This document shows positions 33,239 to 46,830 of a DNA stretch of 64,000 nucleotides, piece by piece. The stretch's first letter is position 1; each line of letters opens with the position of its first letter. The notes beneath the pieces were generated by a model. The model was not told where the DNA came from and ran no database searches. It saw only the letters and a program-made list of their open reading frames with translations. Location: positions 23,250,001 through 23,314,000 of the forward strand of contig OZ024740.1 in the NCBI GenBank assembly GCA_964016885.1. The letters run 5' to 3'. Origin of the DNA: Eledone cirrhosa. Its lineage: Eukaryota. A program made the position numbers and the translations under genes.

Positions 33239-35123
33239 ATGGATAAATATCCTTTGGATGACTCTATCAAGAATATTCCAACACCTTCTAACACTTCCTA
33301 CCCGAAAATGCTGATAGACAAATTTGAGAAAATTGTTAAAAGAATGACATGGAAAGCTTTGATTCTCGATGGACACTTTAACACGGACTCTACGGAACAT
33401 TTTGATATCAGAACTGATAAATACACGCAAAGAGTAAAAGATATGACCGCTTTTGAACTAGACTTAGTTAATCTAATCAACAATATCAATTTTCGTAAGT
33501 ACTCTAACCCTTTTCACTCTAAACTATCTAATGATATTTCAATATTCAAATCTTCTAAAAATAAGTTCATTTTCTCCGACAAAACTAAAAACTTATACGA
33601 AGTTAATAATAATTTACATGACCAACTCTTAATAGATAACATCACCTCTAAATACCAAATAGCTAATATAAACACATATAATAATATAAATAAGGAAGCA
33701 AAAGAATTAGCTAGTTCTTTAAAAATAGATAATAGGACAGAAAAACTTGCTAACCGTAATGAATATAACACCCTTAAAGATCACAAACCTGACTTTATTA
33801 ATCGTCCTAGTTGTAGATTAATCAACCCTGCTAAGACTGATATCGGTCTTGCCAGCAAAAAAAATTTAAATAATATAAACACATAGATTAGAAATCTGAA
33901 TTACTCCAATGGATAAATAGCTCTTCCGTAGTACATTGGTTTTATAATATTAAAGATAAAAATAGTTCTAGATTCACCCAATTTGACATTGTAGATTTCT
34001 ACCCGTCTATCACTCAGACTCTTTTAGCGAAAGCCTTAAATTACGCTAGAAAGTTTACCAATATTTCTGATATTGAAGAGAATGTCATCTTGCATGCTAG
34101 AAACACTCTACTCTTTACTGATAATGACACTTGGGTAAAAATATCTAACCCAGAGAGCCCTTTCGATGTCTCAATGGGCTCTTTTGACAGTTCTGATGTT
34201 TGTGATTTAGTCGGCTTATTCCTGCTACACACACTTAAAGAAAAATTCCCTAACCATATTTTTGGGCTTTATCGCGACGATGGTCTAATACTTTCCCATA
34301 CCACCATAGCCCATAACTTAGATAGATTAAGGAAAGACTTAATAAAAACCTTCGCTAGTTTTAATCTTAAAATTACTATTGACACTAACCTTTCCAATGT
34401 TAATTTTCTAGATATAAACCTAGATCTGCCTACTGCTTCTTATAAACCATAACATAAACCTAATGAAAATTTAAAATATATAAATAAAGGCTCTTGCCAT
34501 CCTCCTATAGTTTTTAAAAACCTTATCCCTAATATTAGCCGTAGGATCTCCACCCTCTCTTCCTCAGAAGCTATTTTCAATAAGGCATCCCCCTACTATA
34601 ATAAAGCCCTTCAAAATAGCGGATTTAGCGAACCGATTAAGTACATACCCAACAATACTAACTCTTTTAAACATAATAATAGGGAAAGAAAAATAATCTG
34701 GTTCACACCCCCTACTCTCTAGCAGTTAAAACTAATGTAGGCAAAAAAATCCTAGAGCTCTTAAATAAACATTTCCCTAGAACACATAGATATTATAAGA
34801 TCTTCAATAGAAACTGTGTCAAAATTAGCTACTCCTGCGGTCCCCCTATTAAATCTTATATGATCAATAAGAAATTACCCAGAGAACATCAAACTTGCTC
34901 CTGTAGAGTCAAAAGTGAATGCCCATTACAAGGTAAATGCAACACCAAAGCCATTGTATATGCGGCTAAAGTGACAACCATCAGCAACAACCAACCAGCC
35001 ACCAGTGAACGATATGTGGGTATGACACAAGACAAATTCAAATCGCGTTATTACTCACATATCGCATATATCAAGAATGACATTCCTATTACACTCCCTT
35101 CCCCCTTTATCTTCCTCATATAA
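33239..35123 (+). pseudogene. PLE polyprotein remnant (RT + GIY-YIG endonuclease)
   Basis: SDKTKNLY, TLKDHK, CRLINP, FDIVDFYPSI, MGSFD, LYRDDG, FLDI; linker CSCRVKSECPLQGKC; IVY...YVGMT..FKSRY..H; stops at 33884 and 34450 plus frameshifts. Confidence 0.9.
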
Positions 35124-35490
35124 GTGACCGTGCGTGCGTGTGTGTGTGTTTATACGCGTGCTTTCATACTCGTATGTGTATTTAATACCTGTATCTGGAT
35201 GCGTGTCAACTATATTATCATACAATTTCTTTTTCAACTCATATTATATACGTATTTGTGGTCACATATACACAAATATACTTGCCCTCATATATGTACT
35301 TACGCACACATTTTCACCATACACATGCATTTTTACATACACACATCTGTACATTTGTGAGTGTATATTCATACATATACACATATCCTAACCATATATC
35401 CTTATTTTTTTATATATCTCTTGTATTACTTTTATTTATATATTTTTTGCATTTCTTGAGAAGACTTTCCAAATATTTCACTATGTTTTA

Positions 35491-35568
35491 AATTGCCTTG
35501 TCCGACGAACGAATGAGGAAGTTTTTCGTATTCGTCTTATTCGGGAAACCTCTGGTAATGAGGTAATT
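35491..35568 (+). ncRNA. Hammerhead motif in downstream pLTR (U4C core)
   Basis: 11-bp stem I aattgccttgt/atgaggtaatt (with G-U pairs), CCGACGA, GAAA, cc-tct-gg, GUA. Confidence 0.7.
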
Positions 35569-35672
35569 ATATTGTATTGTTTATTATGCATTTAAATTTT
35601 GCTCAGGTACTTACATAGAGCACTCTTCACTCCTATGACTTTTTCAATTTTCAACGGAAATTTCAATACTTG

Positions 35673-35721
<49 letters not shown>

Positions 35722-35827
35722 TAAAATTTAATAAATATTTAATAAATATTTGCTCTACGGTTCTTATGTATTTGATATATATTTATCCTTATCTTTGGAT
35801 TTTAGTCTTCAAATTTATTATTATTAC

Positions 35828-35904
<77 letters not shown>

Positions 35905-36372
35905 GTGTGTGTGTGAATATGTATATTTATTTATTTCTTGTATATACAATTATGTGTAAAAAAAAAGAAAAAGATATTAGCGGGAGAAAGTGTGTGTGGG
36001 ATGTAATAGAAAAGTGATGGATTAAGTAAGACTGATATTATTTTTATGAACCAAACTTATGTCGTATTGTGGTGTGGCGGTCGTGGATTGAAAGGTGACA
36101 CAATGGTGTGTTGGAGAGAGTGAGGTGGTTGTGGTGTGGTGGATAGAGTGGTGTCACCAGGGGTTAGTGGTCAAATGAGCGTGATCATCAAGGAGTGTCC
36201 AACTATCATCTGTCAGTTGTATGATAGAGTATTTAACACTGGGGAGTAATAGGAGTTCACTTGGTCAGAATTTATGAAGTTATAGAACAGGGACAACAAC
36301 ACAGGCTGAAACACTTTTATGTGTAATTACACATACACACACGCATACACACATACACACACGCATACACAC

Positions 36373-36446
<74 letters not shown>

Positions 36447-36481
36447 GGAGAGAGAGAGAGAAACGCACACATACAGACATG

Positions 36482-36521
<40 letters not shown>

Positions 36522-36637
36522 TGTATGTTTGCATACATACATGCTTATATATTTACGCCCATTCACAAACATACGCAATGGAGACAAATCTATTTATCTA
36601 TCTATATATACGTATATATATATATATATATATGTGA

Positions 36638-36697
<60 letters not shown>

Positions 36698-36775
36698 GTA
36701 TATACATATATGCATATGTATATATGATATAAATTATATATAAATACACATTACACACACACACACACACACATA

Positions 36776-36875
36776 TACGAGGTGTGTCAGAAAAGTTCCA
36801 GGACTGATGTCACAAAAGATTTATTTCAAACCCAAACTCCACACTAAAAGTGTTCTCCTTCAAAGTAATCCCCTT
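36776..36875 (+). mobile_element. Tc1/mariner-like terminal fragment
   Basis: TA followed by cgaggtgtgtcagaaaagttcc, resembling mariner TIR starts; no second TIR seen. Confidence 0.45.
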
Positions 36876-36894
36876 GGAGTATGTAACTATAACC

Positions 36895-37390
36895 ACAAAG
36901 CAGAATACATACTGTTAGAACATGTTTATACAAAAGCACCTACGTGCGTTTCGCCCGAAAAGGGCTTCTCAAGGGCATACAAATCTAGAGAGTGCTCAGT
37001 ATAGTACCCAGAAGGGGTTTTAAGAAGATAATCTCATCGAAGTTCATTCTTGATTCAAACAGACATAGTTCTAAATGTCACAGAGCAAGGAGAGTAACTC
37101 TGGCACCCATAAAAAAGTAGTGGACAACAACCATCATCTGAACGGATAACAAGCCATTTAAGGACATTTATTCAAACACCGGTCAGAGTTACTCTCCTTG
37201 CTCTGTTACAATAACAACCATGTCTGTTTGAATCAAGAATGAACTTCGATGAGATTATCTTCTTAAAACCCCTTCTGTGTTCTATACTGAGCACTCTCTA
37301 GATTTGTATGCCCTTGAGAAGCGTTTTCGGGCGAAACCTACGTAGGTGCTTTTGTATAAACATGTTCTAACAGTATGTATTCTCCTTTGT
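36895..37390. mobile_element. Fold-back element with ~205-bp inverted arms, each with a U3-A8 hammerhead variant
   Basis: 36895-37102 vs 37183-37390; minus arm gccc-TTGAGAA-gcccttttcgggc-GAAA-cgcacg-TA-ggtgc. Confidence 0.7.
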
Positions 37391-37659
37391 AATCCTTTCA
37401 TATGTGTGTATATATATATGTATGTGTGTTTCTGAGTAGATGTGAGATAGATCATTTATTAAACTGATTGATTGTTAGATAAACAAGCAGCCTATATATA
37501 ATTAGAGAACTGGACAGTCACGTAGTTTGGCGACTAACAGAGACACGTAGATAGCCAGGCAAATAGATAGATAGGGTGATAGATGAGACGGCATGTCTAT
37601 CAATGTCTTTTGCTGATGTATATATATATATAAATATATATATGTGTATATACATATAT

Positions 37660-37718
<59 letters not shown>

Positions 37719-37728
37719 CATATATGTT

Positions 37729-37767
<39 letters not shown>

Positions 37768-39107
37768 GTATATATATAAATATATATGTATATATATTTA
37801 TATATATATATATATATATATATAGATATAGATATATATAGATATGTGTATATACACACATGCATATATGTATATCTATATAAACATACAACATTCACAC
37901 GCGTACATATGCATACACTTATTTGTATTTTCCTATTATTGAGACATTTTCAAGATGACTTCTTTTTCAATGAAACATTTACTAAAAGGTGCTAATTTGT
38001 CAGAAATTAATCAAAGTTAGATGAGTTGCCTTACTGTGTTTCTGTTACATTCTCAATATAAACGACCTGGTCGATTTTGGCTTCCATCACTTCAGGATTA
38101 ATTAACATTAATGCCACTGGTATATTTCTTCCCAGTGAAACCTCAATGTATTATTTGGTTACCTTGTCGGCAGATATCTCTCTTATTTGCATTGCTTTAT
38201 TTCGTTAATTTAAAGGCGAACTGGTTGTGTACTTGTTCACTTCTCAGCCATTTTTCTATTACGCTCTCTGTTTTCTGAGTTCAAATCATGCCGAGTTTAA
38301 CTTCACCTTTCAAGGAAATGGAATCGATAAATATATTATGAGTACACACCACTGAGCTAAAATGTTCTCTGTCTTTCTAATTCTCTCTGTCAAGGTATCA
38401 ATTACATTGCGGTGGTTGAAGGATCTTGGATGACCTCGCAAGGCGTCCATTTCTGCAAAAATAGAAAGATTTTGACCGATAGTTTAGTAACATCTTCTGG
38501 ATAAAGAAACCGATAAGCTAATGAAACAGTCCAAAGACGGGCCAATGCCCAGTGTATCACGGAAATTAAGAACAATAGCGTTCACCCTTTATTGATAGAT
38601 TTATTTATCTATTCAGAAAGGGTGAAATACAAAGTCAACATCGGTTTGATTTAAACACAGGGCACAGAGGACTAGAAAATTACCACAAGGAACTTAATCC
38701 AGTACTCGAAATACTCAGTGAAATCGCCATTTTAAAAAATTACTACTAAACACTGAAATGAAGAGGTCAATGTATGGAATGGTTTTATTGAACGTGGTGC
38801 GCTGGCATATCCGCAGTCGAATTGATGAAATCTGTAAAACAATAAAAGAACATATTAAAAACACGACAGTGAATGCTTCAAAAACAATAATACAATTCCT
38901 AAGCAATATGATATTTTCAAAATAGTATCTAAATCAAACTGATAGGTAAATATTGTGGTATCTAAAGGACACAAACATCCCGAAATAGTCTCCTCCAAAT
39001 CAGGCCCGGACTTTCACCTGCTGAGACCCTAAGCTATATGGAAATTTAGGCCCTTCCCTAGAAAAATATAATTAGTATTATTTTTTACATTAATGTTAAT
39101 GATAATA

Positions 39108-39173
<66 letters not shown>

Positions 39174-39312
39174 CAAGTAAGTATGTTTTGAAACAGTGAG
39201 CAGGTTTGAAATTAGAAAATAGAATAGCTTTCACCGTATCTTTGACTAAAGAAATTTTAGCCTGATAATGGGGTTTAGAATCCTCAGATAAATGGAAAAA
39301 GATGAGTATTGA

Positions 39313-39389
<77 letters not shown>

Positions 39390-39390
<1 letters not shown>

Positions 39391-39597
39391 TATAACGAAG
39401 GAGTTGTGATAAGGAACCAGATGGACCATAACGCACCATAGTACTCAATACTTAGGGTAGTAGAGTGGGTAATAGGAAAATGTATGACCCCGACGGCAGA
39501 GCTCAAGCCGTTTTGACGGCTATTTCTGAACTGAATAATACAGAGATAGCCGTCGAAACGGCTTGAGCTCTGCCGTCGGGGTCATACATTTTCCTAT
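39390..39597 (-). mobile_element. Fold-back element family B (3' half of hammerhead in both arms)
   Basis: Palindrome ~39472-39597 containing GAAA-cggc-ttgagctct-gccg-TC-ggggtc; homologous to 48024-48225; (TA)n flanks. Confidence 0.7.
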
Positions 39598-40470
39598 ATA
39601 TATATACTGAGAAAGTATAAATAATATATATATATATGTATATAACATCATTTGATGATTTGGTGTTAAAGAATAAAAACTAATGATCAAATAAAAAGTA
39701 TATTTTAGAAGACGAGGTTCCCGAAGGTGTGTGGCCCTAAGCTATAGATTATTTAGCTTACAGGTAAGTCCATTACTGCTTCAAATCCACAGAAAAATAC
39801 ACACCAATTTGGAAGTATGACTTAGAAAAATTCCTGTAACAAACAGCTTTTGCCATCTTCTGCTAATATTCTCCATATATTATTGGTCATGCCACTATGA
39901 GTACATGCACATTTGATTTGTTGTTCTTTTACAGATCTCTCTCATAAGCTTAACTGACTGGGGAAGTATGTAGTTAGAGTATATTTGTGAGTCATGTGTG
40001 TGACTTGTAGTTTGTGTACTTTGCTGTATTACACTAGTTCAACATCAGATGTCGCTTGTTTCCTCTGTACTATTTGTTTAAGGACGTAGATATTTCATTA
40101 CGTTTTAGGATAGCTTCTCTCTTTCTATTTATATATCCTACGGACTCTTGTTGTTGTGCGTTTATATTATGTTATACATAGAATTATTGCTTACTAGTGT
40201 TTTCCTATCGTATTAACATTTATCTGCCTACACGAAGTTCGGGAGATTAACACGCGTCTAAATAAACCAATTTCTTACACATCACAATCACTACAATCTT
40301 ATTAATAGCACCATACAAAATATAGCAAAGGTTGGGGCTCATACGGTGACTCTTTATTCCCTTTTTTCCTCCTCTATATTCCCAGCTAAATATGCTAACA
40401 GACCAGCAGCAGCAGCTTGTAGAAAACAACAACAATAGAGATATTTGATGATGATGATACTGCTAATAAT

Positions 40471-40655
40471 GGTTTCTACTTTTGGCACAAGGCCAGCAAT
40501 TACCCAGTGTATTACTGGTACTTTATTTTATCGACCCCTTAAGGATGAAAGGCAAAGTTAACCTCGGCGGGATTTGAACTTAGACCGTAAAGGGACGTAA
40601 CTATGCTAGAAGGCATGACGTCAGACCCTCTACCGATACTGCCAATTCCCCGCCC
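40471..40655 (-). mobile_element. tRNA-headed SINE copy
   Basis: Highly similar to 6115-6295; a more diverged copy follows at ~40700-40830. Confidence 0.85.
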
Positions 40656-41482
40656 AGTTAATAATAGTTATTTGTAATATTATCACAAACTCAGTAATTT
40701 AGAAGAAGGAGAAAGTCACTTGTATCGACCTCACTACTTGAAAGGTACTTTATTTTATGAACCTCGGAAGGATGAATGACAAACCTGATCTCGGCGTTTG
40801 AACACAGAACATAAAGGGTTGTAACACAAAACATCTTGCTCAACGCTGCAATGATTTTTCCAATAGGAACAAGGACAGAAATTCGGGGATTAGTTGATGA
40901 AATCAGTCCCCAAAACTAGACTGATATTTTATTTTGTAAACCAGATTGGTGCATATGTTCCTTCGTCACTGCCCAGGAATCCTATCTTCTGCCAACGCCC
41001 AATCTAACGGGGTCTCGTGGTGCTCCGATTGATGATGCACAGGTATGCGCTGATGATGCATATAATACACAGGTATACACTGAGATCGATACAACTATAT
41101 AGATTTGGACGACGATACGATGGCAATGAGGAACTGTTGGTGCGACACATCTTGCAGCTCAGCTTTTCATCGAGCAGCAGTCATTAGAGATCCACACCAA
41201 TCTGACAGCTGCTTGTGGTGAGTGAAAAAATCAAACCTATTTTATAAAGGTGTTGAGGAGGACATCCGCGTAGATGGCCTGGCAGGAATTCTTGTCGTAA
41301 ACGAGAACTATCTTAGTACAATATTCAAATCAAGATTAATGAAAATTTCCAAAAGCATTTAGCTTGGTCTTAATAGAAAATATTTGCCTGTTCAGTCATG
41401 GCTATGTGGGAGCCATCCACAACCCATAAGCTGAGGTGTGTGAGGAAACGTACGTATTCATTCAAAAATCATTATTATGGGC

Positions 41483-41620
41483 CCAAATCCCGGCGAGGTT
41501 ATCTTCGCCTTTCATCCTTACGCGGTTAATAAAATAAAGTACCAGTAACGCACTGGAGTCGATTTAATCGATTTCCCCTCACCCAAAATGTCTGGCCTTG
41601 TGCCTAAACCAGAAAGCATT
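41483..41620 (+). mobile_element. SINE copy, 5'-truncated
   Basis: caaatcccggcgaggttatcttcgcctttcatcc...ggccttgtgcctaaaccagaaa. Confidence 0.75.
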
Positions 41621-41873
41621 TTTATTGAAGTTGTTATTGTTTGAGATTGTTGTTAGTATTGTTGTTAATGTATTTCTATGTGTTGTTATTAATCATGTGT
41701 AAGTTAAGGTGAAGGTGAAACTAAACTAGATGAAATAGATAGAAAACCAAAGTTGCGAAAAGATAAAATGAAATTTAAAAAATACAAAACAAAACAAAGA
41801 CATATCCCATCCTTTACCTAAACATATCTACAGCAAACAAAATCCAGAATAAATAAAATGAAACAAAGAGCTT

Positions 41874-41958
<85 letters not shown>

Positions 41959-42033
41959 TGTGTGTGTGTGTGTATATAAATATATATAAATATATTTATT
42001 TATATGTATATATATATATATATATGCGCGGCT

Positions 42034-42077
<44 letters not shown>

Positions 42078-42495
42078 AGACCAGCCATTTAGAAGTAGAG
42101 AGAGTTCGGATTTCGGAACTGAGAGCGATTAAGTGGGGAGAGGGAGAAAGAGAGAGGGGCGGAGGAGCGGGAGAGTGAAAAAGAGAGTGAAAGAGCGAGT
42201 GAGAGGGGGAGATGGAGATGGAGAGAGAGAGAGAGAGAGGGAGAGAGAGAGAGAGAGGGAGGGAGAGAGAGAGAGAGAGTGTGTGTGTATAGAAAGAAGG
42301 ACTGTAAAGAAGAAAAAAGAGTGAGGTGGCACGGGAGGGGGGCGAAGTGATGACACAAAATAACAAAAACAAGAGAAAGAAAAGAAGGTTTGAAATGCCA
42401 AAATATAATCAAATTAGTTATGCTGAGAATTGTCTACAACGGTTCATTGAACCGTGTTGAAAGAACGAGAGAAGATAAAATAGCAATACAGCCAA

Positions 42496-42496
<1 letters not shown>

Positions 42497-42550
<54 letters not shown>

Positions 42551-42970
42551 GACATCACAACCACCACTACTATTACCAGTAACATAACTACCACTACTAC
42601 TACCACTACTATCACCACTACCATAACCACTACTACTACCACTACTACTATCCCCACTGCTATCACCACCACCACCACCATCACTACTATCACTGCCACA
42701 ATAACTACCACTACTACTATCAACACCACCACCACCATAGCCACTACTACTATCTACGCCACCAGAACTAACACCATCACCACCACAACCCAAACACCAC
42801 CACTATATCCACCACCAACACCACCACCACCACCACCACCAACGACCGCCACCACTACCACTACCACACACCACCACAACCACTGCTATCGCCGCCACCA
42901 TAAACACCTATCACCACCATCACCACCACTACCACCACCACCAACACCACCACCACCACCACCACCGCCG

Positions 42971-43031
<61 letters not shown>

Positions 43032-43032
43032 C
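42497..43032. repeat. (CTA)n/(CCA)n trinucleotide low-complexity tract
   Basis: Direct reading. Confidence 0.95.
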
Positions 43033-43162
43033 CTGATGTTTTCTGTGGTGGTGATAGTTGTAGTAATGGCGGTGGTTCTGGTGAGGAATGTCAAGCTAAT
43101 GACTTTTCAAAATTTATAAAAATAATAATAATACACACACACACTCACAGACACAGACACAC

Positions 43163-43212
<50 letters not shown>

Positions 43213-43320
43213 TCACGAAAATATAAGACGAAAAAGGACAAAGAAAATTAAATATATGTATATATAAACGAATTTTAGATAAAAGTTAAAATATGTTTAA
43301 AAAATTCAATATGAAGGTGA

Positions 43321-43382
<62 letters not shown>

Positions 43383-43408
43383 TGTATATATAAGCTTATA
43401 TATACATT

Positions 43409-43461
<53 letters not shown>

Positions 43462-43487
43462 CTGTGTGTGTAAAAAAAAAACCGTAC

Positions 43488-43655
43488 AAATGTGGGAACA
43501 AAATTGGGAAATTCCCTCAGGGCCGTTAATAATAAGTTCTTTGCTTGTATATGACTGCCTCTTCCCTGTCCTCCACACCATAGGGGATCTTCTCTATAGG
43601 ATTCATGTTGTGATGTAGTAAAAACATTAAATTCTCCACCAGTTTCATAGCATTT
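43488..43655 (-). CDS. Host-gene coding exon (168 bp, phase 0-0), unidentified protein
   Basis: T-rich acceptor ..tattatag|, donor |gtacgg; open frame KCYETGGEFNVFTTSQHESYREDPLWCGGQGRGSHIQAKNLLLTALREFPNFVPTF. Confidence 0.65.
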
Positions 43656-43794
43656 CTATAATATAGATTATAGAAATAAAAATTAAATATAATACAGTAA
43701 AAAATGCGCAATCAAATCTAATATGAAATTACAGAAAATGTAAAGATATAAAAACAACATTAGCAATGTCTCTAATAATAATGACTCTAATAAT

Positions 43795-43992
43795 GATTTC
43801 TACTATAGGCACAAGGTCAGCAATTACGGGGGACGGGAACGTCGATTAATCGATCCCAGTACGTTACTGGTACATTATTTTATCGACCCCGTAGTGATGA
43901 CAGGCAAAGTTAACCTCGGCGGGATTTGAACATAGATCATAAAGGGCCGTGACTCTTTGCTGCAAAGCATGGCGTCTGACACTCTACCGATA
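43795..43992 (-). mobile_element. tRNA-headed SINE copy
   Basis: Same family as 6115-6295. Confidence 0.8.
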
Positions 43993-44039
43993 TAATAATA
44001 ATAATAATAATAAATAGCAATTGTGAAAAATATAAAATC

Positions 44040-45130
44040 GAAATTGATAACAGACCTCAAGAATGCCATGCTATAACGATGGCAAAAGAAACCCTTACAA
44101 AGCCAATACCCTAATAAACTGAATAGAGACGAAGTAGATGAGCAAAACTTACAAAAATAGTAAAGATGCACTGGACTGAAAGTTGAGACGGAAGGATTTC
44201 TAATCTCAGCACAAGATCAATCCTTCCCCAACAGGAAACACTAGAAGTACACACTGTAGCAGAACATAGTACTGCAGACTATCTGGAGGTGGGAACGAAC
44301 AATTAACCACATTATCTATGGCTTCCTAGTCTTTACCAAAAAAAGGAATATATCCGTAGACATTACAGAGTTGGGATTTTCATACACTGGAAGTTATGCC
44401 AACACAGCGAGCATACCAACAGAAAAAAGATGGTACAGACGCACATCAGGAAATGTTTCAGAAAGTGACAAAGCAAACATAGTCTGAGATATGTCAATAC
44501 ATAGAGAGAGGGAGATCAAACCAACCGACTGGCTATTATAATCAAAGACCAGGCCAGTGGATTGGCTGTATCGGTAGAAGGTCGCACGCCATGCTTTCCA
44601 GAATAGTTACTACCCTTTACAGTCTGAGTTCAAATCCCGCCGAGGTTAACTTCGCCTTTCATCCTTACGGGGTCGATAAAATAAAGTACCAGTAATGTCC
44701 TGAGTAATTTGCTGGCTTTGTGCCAAAATTAGAAACAATTATAATCAAAGACCACAAAACAAAAAGAAAAGTCTTCTAGTTATTGATACATCGCCACAGA
44801 CGACAATATATCTACCAATGAAATGGAGAAACTATCCAAATATAAAGATCTAGTGATAGAAATAATCCGAATATGGATGATGAAATGAAAAACAATATCT
44901 ATAATAATAGGGACTCGGGCAATACACACAGACAGATACATCAATGAAACCCCAGGACTCACAAATATATACAGCACACAATAAATAACATTACTATACA
45001 CTGCACACATTTTACGAAGTGTCCTCTCAAATCAACAGAAACAACACCACCAAAAGCCTCACTGCTCATACCCAAGGTACACAGAGCTGTGCTTTGTAAT
45101 GCAGTGACGACGTGCAACAAAGAAAAAAAA
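44040..45130 (+). mobile_element. Decayed 3' fragment of R4/Dong-like (restriction-like endonuclease) LINE
   Basis: GLKVETEGFLISAQDQS, RH..VGIFIHWKLC, EMEKLSKYKDLVIEIIRIW, IIIG; frameshifted. Confidence 0.75.
44552..44737 (+). mobile_element. Full-length SINE inserted in the R4-like LINE, 17-bp target duplication
   Basis: attataatcaaagacca at 44535-44551 and 44738-44754; B box gagttcaaatcc. Confidence 0.9.
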
Positions 45131-45360
45131 TACTACAATTAATAATGATAATTTCTGTACTAGCCGCAACTACATGAACATAGAATAATAGTAAATATTT
45201 TAAATATAGGTGTTTCAGTATATACGGACTGGACAAGGTTTTATAAAAACGAGGGTATGGTCAAAGATGCTTTACAATAGAAAGATTAAAAGATCTTGAA
45301 ATATGTATAAAATTATCATTAAATACAACATGAAAAACTTGGGGTTACCAACACACTCAC

Positions 45361-45491
45361 AGATGGGAAACCACTTGGAAGTCGAGTCACATTCTTGCTC
45401 ACCCACCATGTATTATACACTTGGGGAATATCACGGAAATCCCTCGTAATTATTACTCCAGTGTCTTCATCAACGAAATTACACACATCTC
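45361..45491 (-). CDS. Host-gene coding exon (131 bp, phase 1-0)
   Basis: Acceptor cttctgttcag|, donor |gtgagt; open frame (G)DVCNFVDEDTGVIITRDFRDIPQVYNTWWVSKNVTRLPSGFPS. Confidence 0.7.
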
Positions 45492-45670
45492 CTGAACAGA
45501 AGTACTTTATCTCTTCATAAATTTTGGTATTAAACGTAAAGTTCTACCGGCAAGGAGTTCAAAGTAGAAAGTGTTTAACTTCGAGGCAGCCCACATTTTG
45601 CGTAGGGTTTTACTCCTCTAATTCTTACACCTTTTAAAGTAATCGAGTATTGTTGGTTCTGATGAGAGTC

Positions 45671-45860
45671 AAACCTGCCAACCTCTAAAACCCCAAACGG
45701 AGAGTACCATAAAAAAGTGCCCTAAAACAGGGAGAAATGATGCAAAATGGGAAGATTTTACATAATGAGAACTATACCCATTTTCACAAGAGAAGTCAAT
45801 CTCACCCACCCCAAAGTGGGTGGGAGATCTCTCCGTCCGACGGGGAGAGTTGACAGGTGT
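45671..45860. mobile_element. MITE-like element
   Basis: Imperfect inverted termini caaacctgccaac / gttgacaggtgtg; no clear target duplication. Confidence 0.5.
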
Positions 45861-46381
45861 GGAGCGTGTGTTTCAAAGATACACACTTTTTAGCTTTGTT
45901 TACACAGATTGTTTTATTTCTCTTCTTGTCTACTTCTATTACAAATCTGTCGTCGACGTCATCCCCAATAATGCAGTTCTAATTTAGGTGCAATGGAGAG
46001 GAATGTCGATTATATCAACCGTATTGCTCCGTTGTTACATTTTATATTACATGGAAGCATGAATGGCAAATTTTCCCTTGGCCTGATTTGAACTTGGAAT
46101 GTACAGTACAGAACTAAAACACCACAAGACAGTTTACCAGATGATTTACCAAGTTATCCAAACCATTGTCATTCTAGAAGTCAGTTTTCCTATTATCTAT
46201 TGCAATGTTGTTAGGAGTCTTTAAAAAGAAAAGCCAGAAATGTCTTTTCTAAGAAGACAACACATCCCTTACACACATATATATGATAAAGGTTTTGAGC
46301 TGCATAATGTCAAAGTCAATTAATCTTGGTTAGAAAACATTGCTCATTACACTTTATTGGAACGTTAATACAGACACTCAC

Positions 46382-46460
46382 CTGCAAGTAACGATCTCAT
46401 TCTTCGCGTTTTTGCGGATGAGGAGCGATTAACCTTCAGCAGTGATTCATTTTGATTCAG
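46382..46460 (-). CDS. Host-gene coding exon (79 bp, phase 0-1)
   Basis: Acceptor ctctatttaaag|, donor cag|gtgagt; open frame LNQNESLLKVNRSSSAKTRRMRSLLA(G). Confidence 0.55.
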
Positions 46461-46559
46461 CTTTAAATAGAGGGTATTCCATTATACTTAACCCTATTGA
46501 GTACTTTTTCACTAGATTGCGGTTCACATCAATGTGATTCCGTAATCATACATCTACCG

Positions 46560-46830
46560 TTTATCTCAAGCTATGAGGCTTCTCAGGGTTGCTGTTTATC
46601 CCAGTTTTCGTGGCGTGAAGCGACTGAGAGTACAAGATTCCAACCCTGGACTGGACGCCCGTGCATCACAGGGTTAAATCTCCAGTTATTGCTCGTACTC
46701 ATTTTCAGCTGAGTATCCTGGAGCAACGTAAGATTAAGTGTTTGGCTCAAGAACAGGACTCACAACGCAGCCTAGAAATCGAACACATGACATTATGATC
46801 GTAATTACCATTACCACTAGGCCACTAGCA
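46560..46830 (-). mobile_element. Old CORE-type SINE
   Basis: attaagtgtttggctcaagaaca resembles the reverse complement of the CORE motif; aatcgaac B-box complement follows. Confidence 0.55.

Larger units (their letters stand above)
32523..35670 (+). mobile_element. Penelope-like element, Naiad-type, with two pLTRs
   Basis: ~600-bp direct repeats 32523-33121 and 35068-35670 flank RT + GIY-YIG coding remnants. Confidence 0.88.

Noticed and set aside
34890-34945. Selenocysteine-type Naiad element
   Set aside because: Linker cysteines are TGC/TGT and the interrupting stops seen are TAG/TAA
42418-43094. Poly-V / Gly-Ser-rich ORFs
   Set aside because: Trinucleotide low-complexity tract
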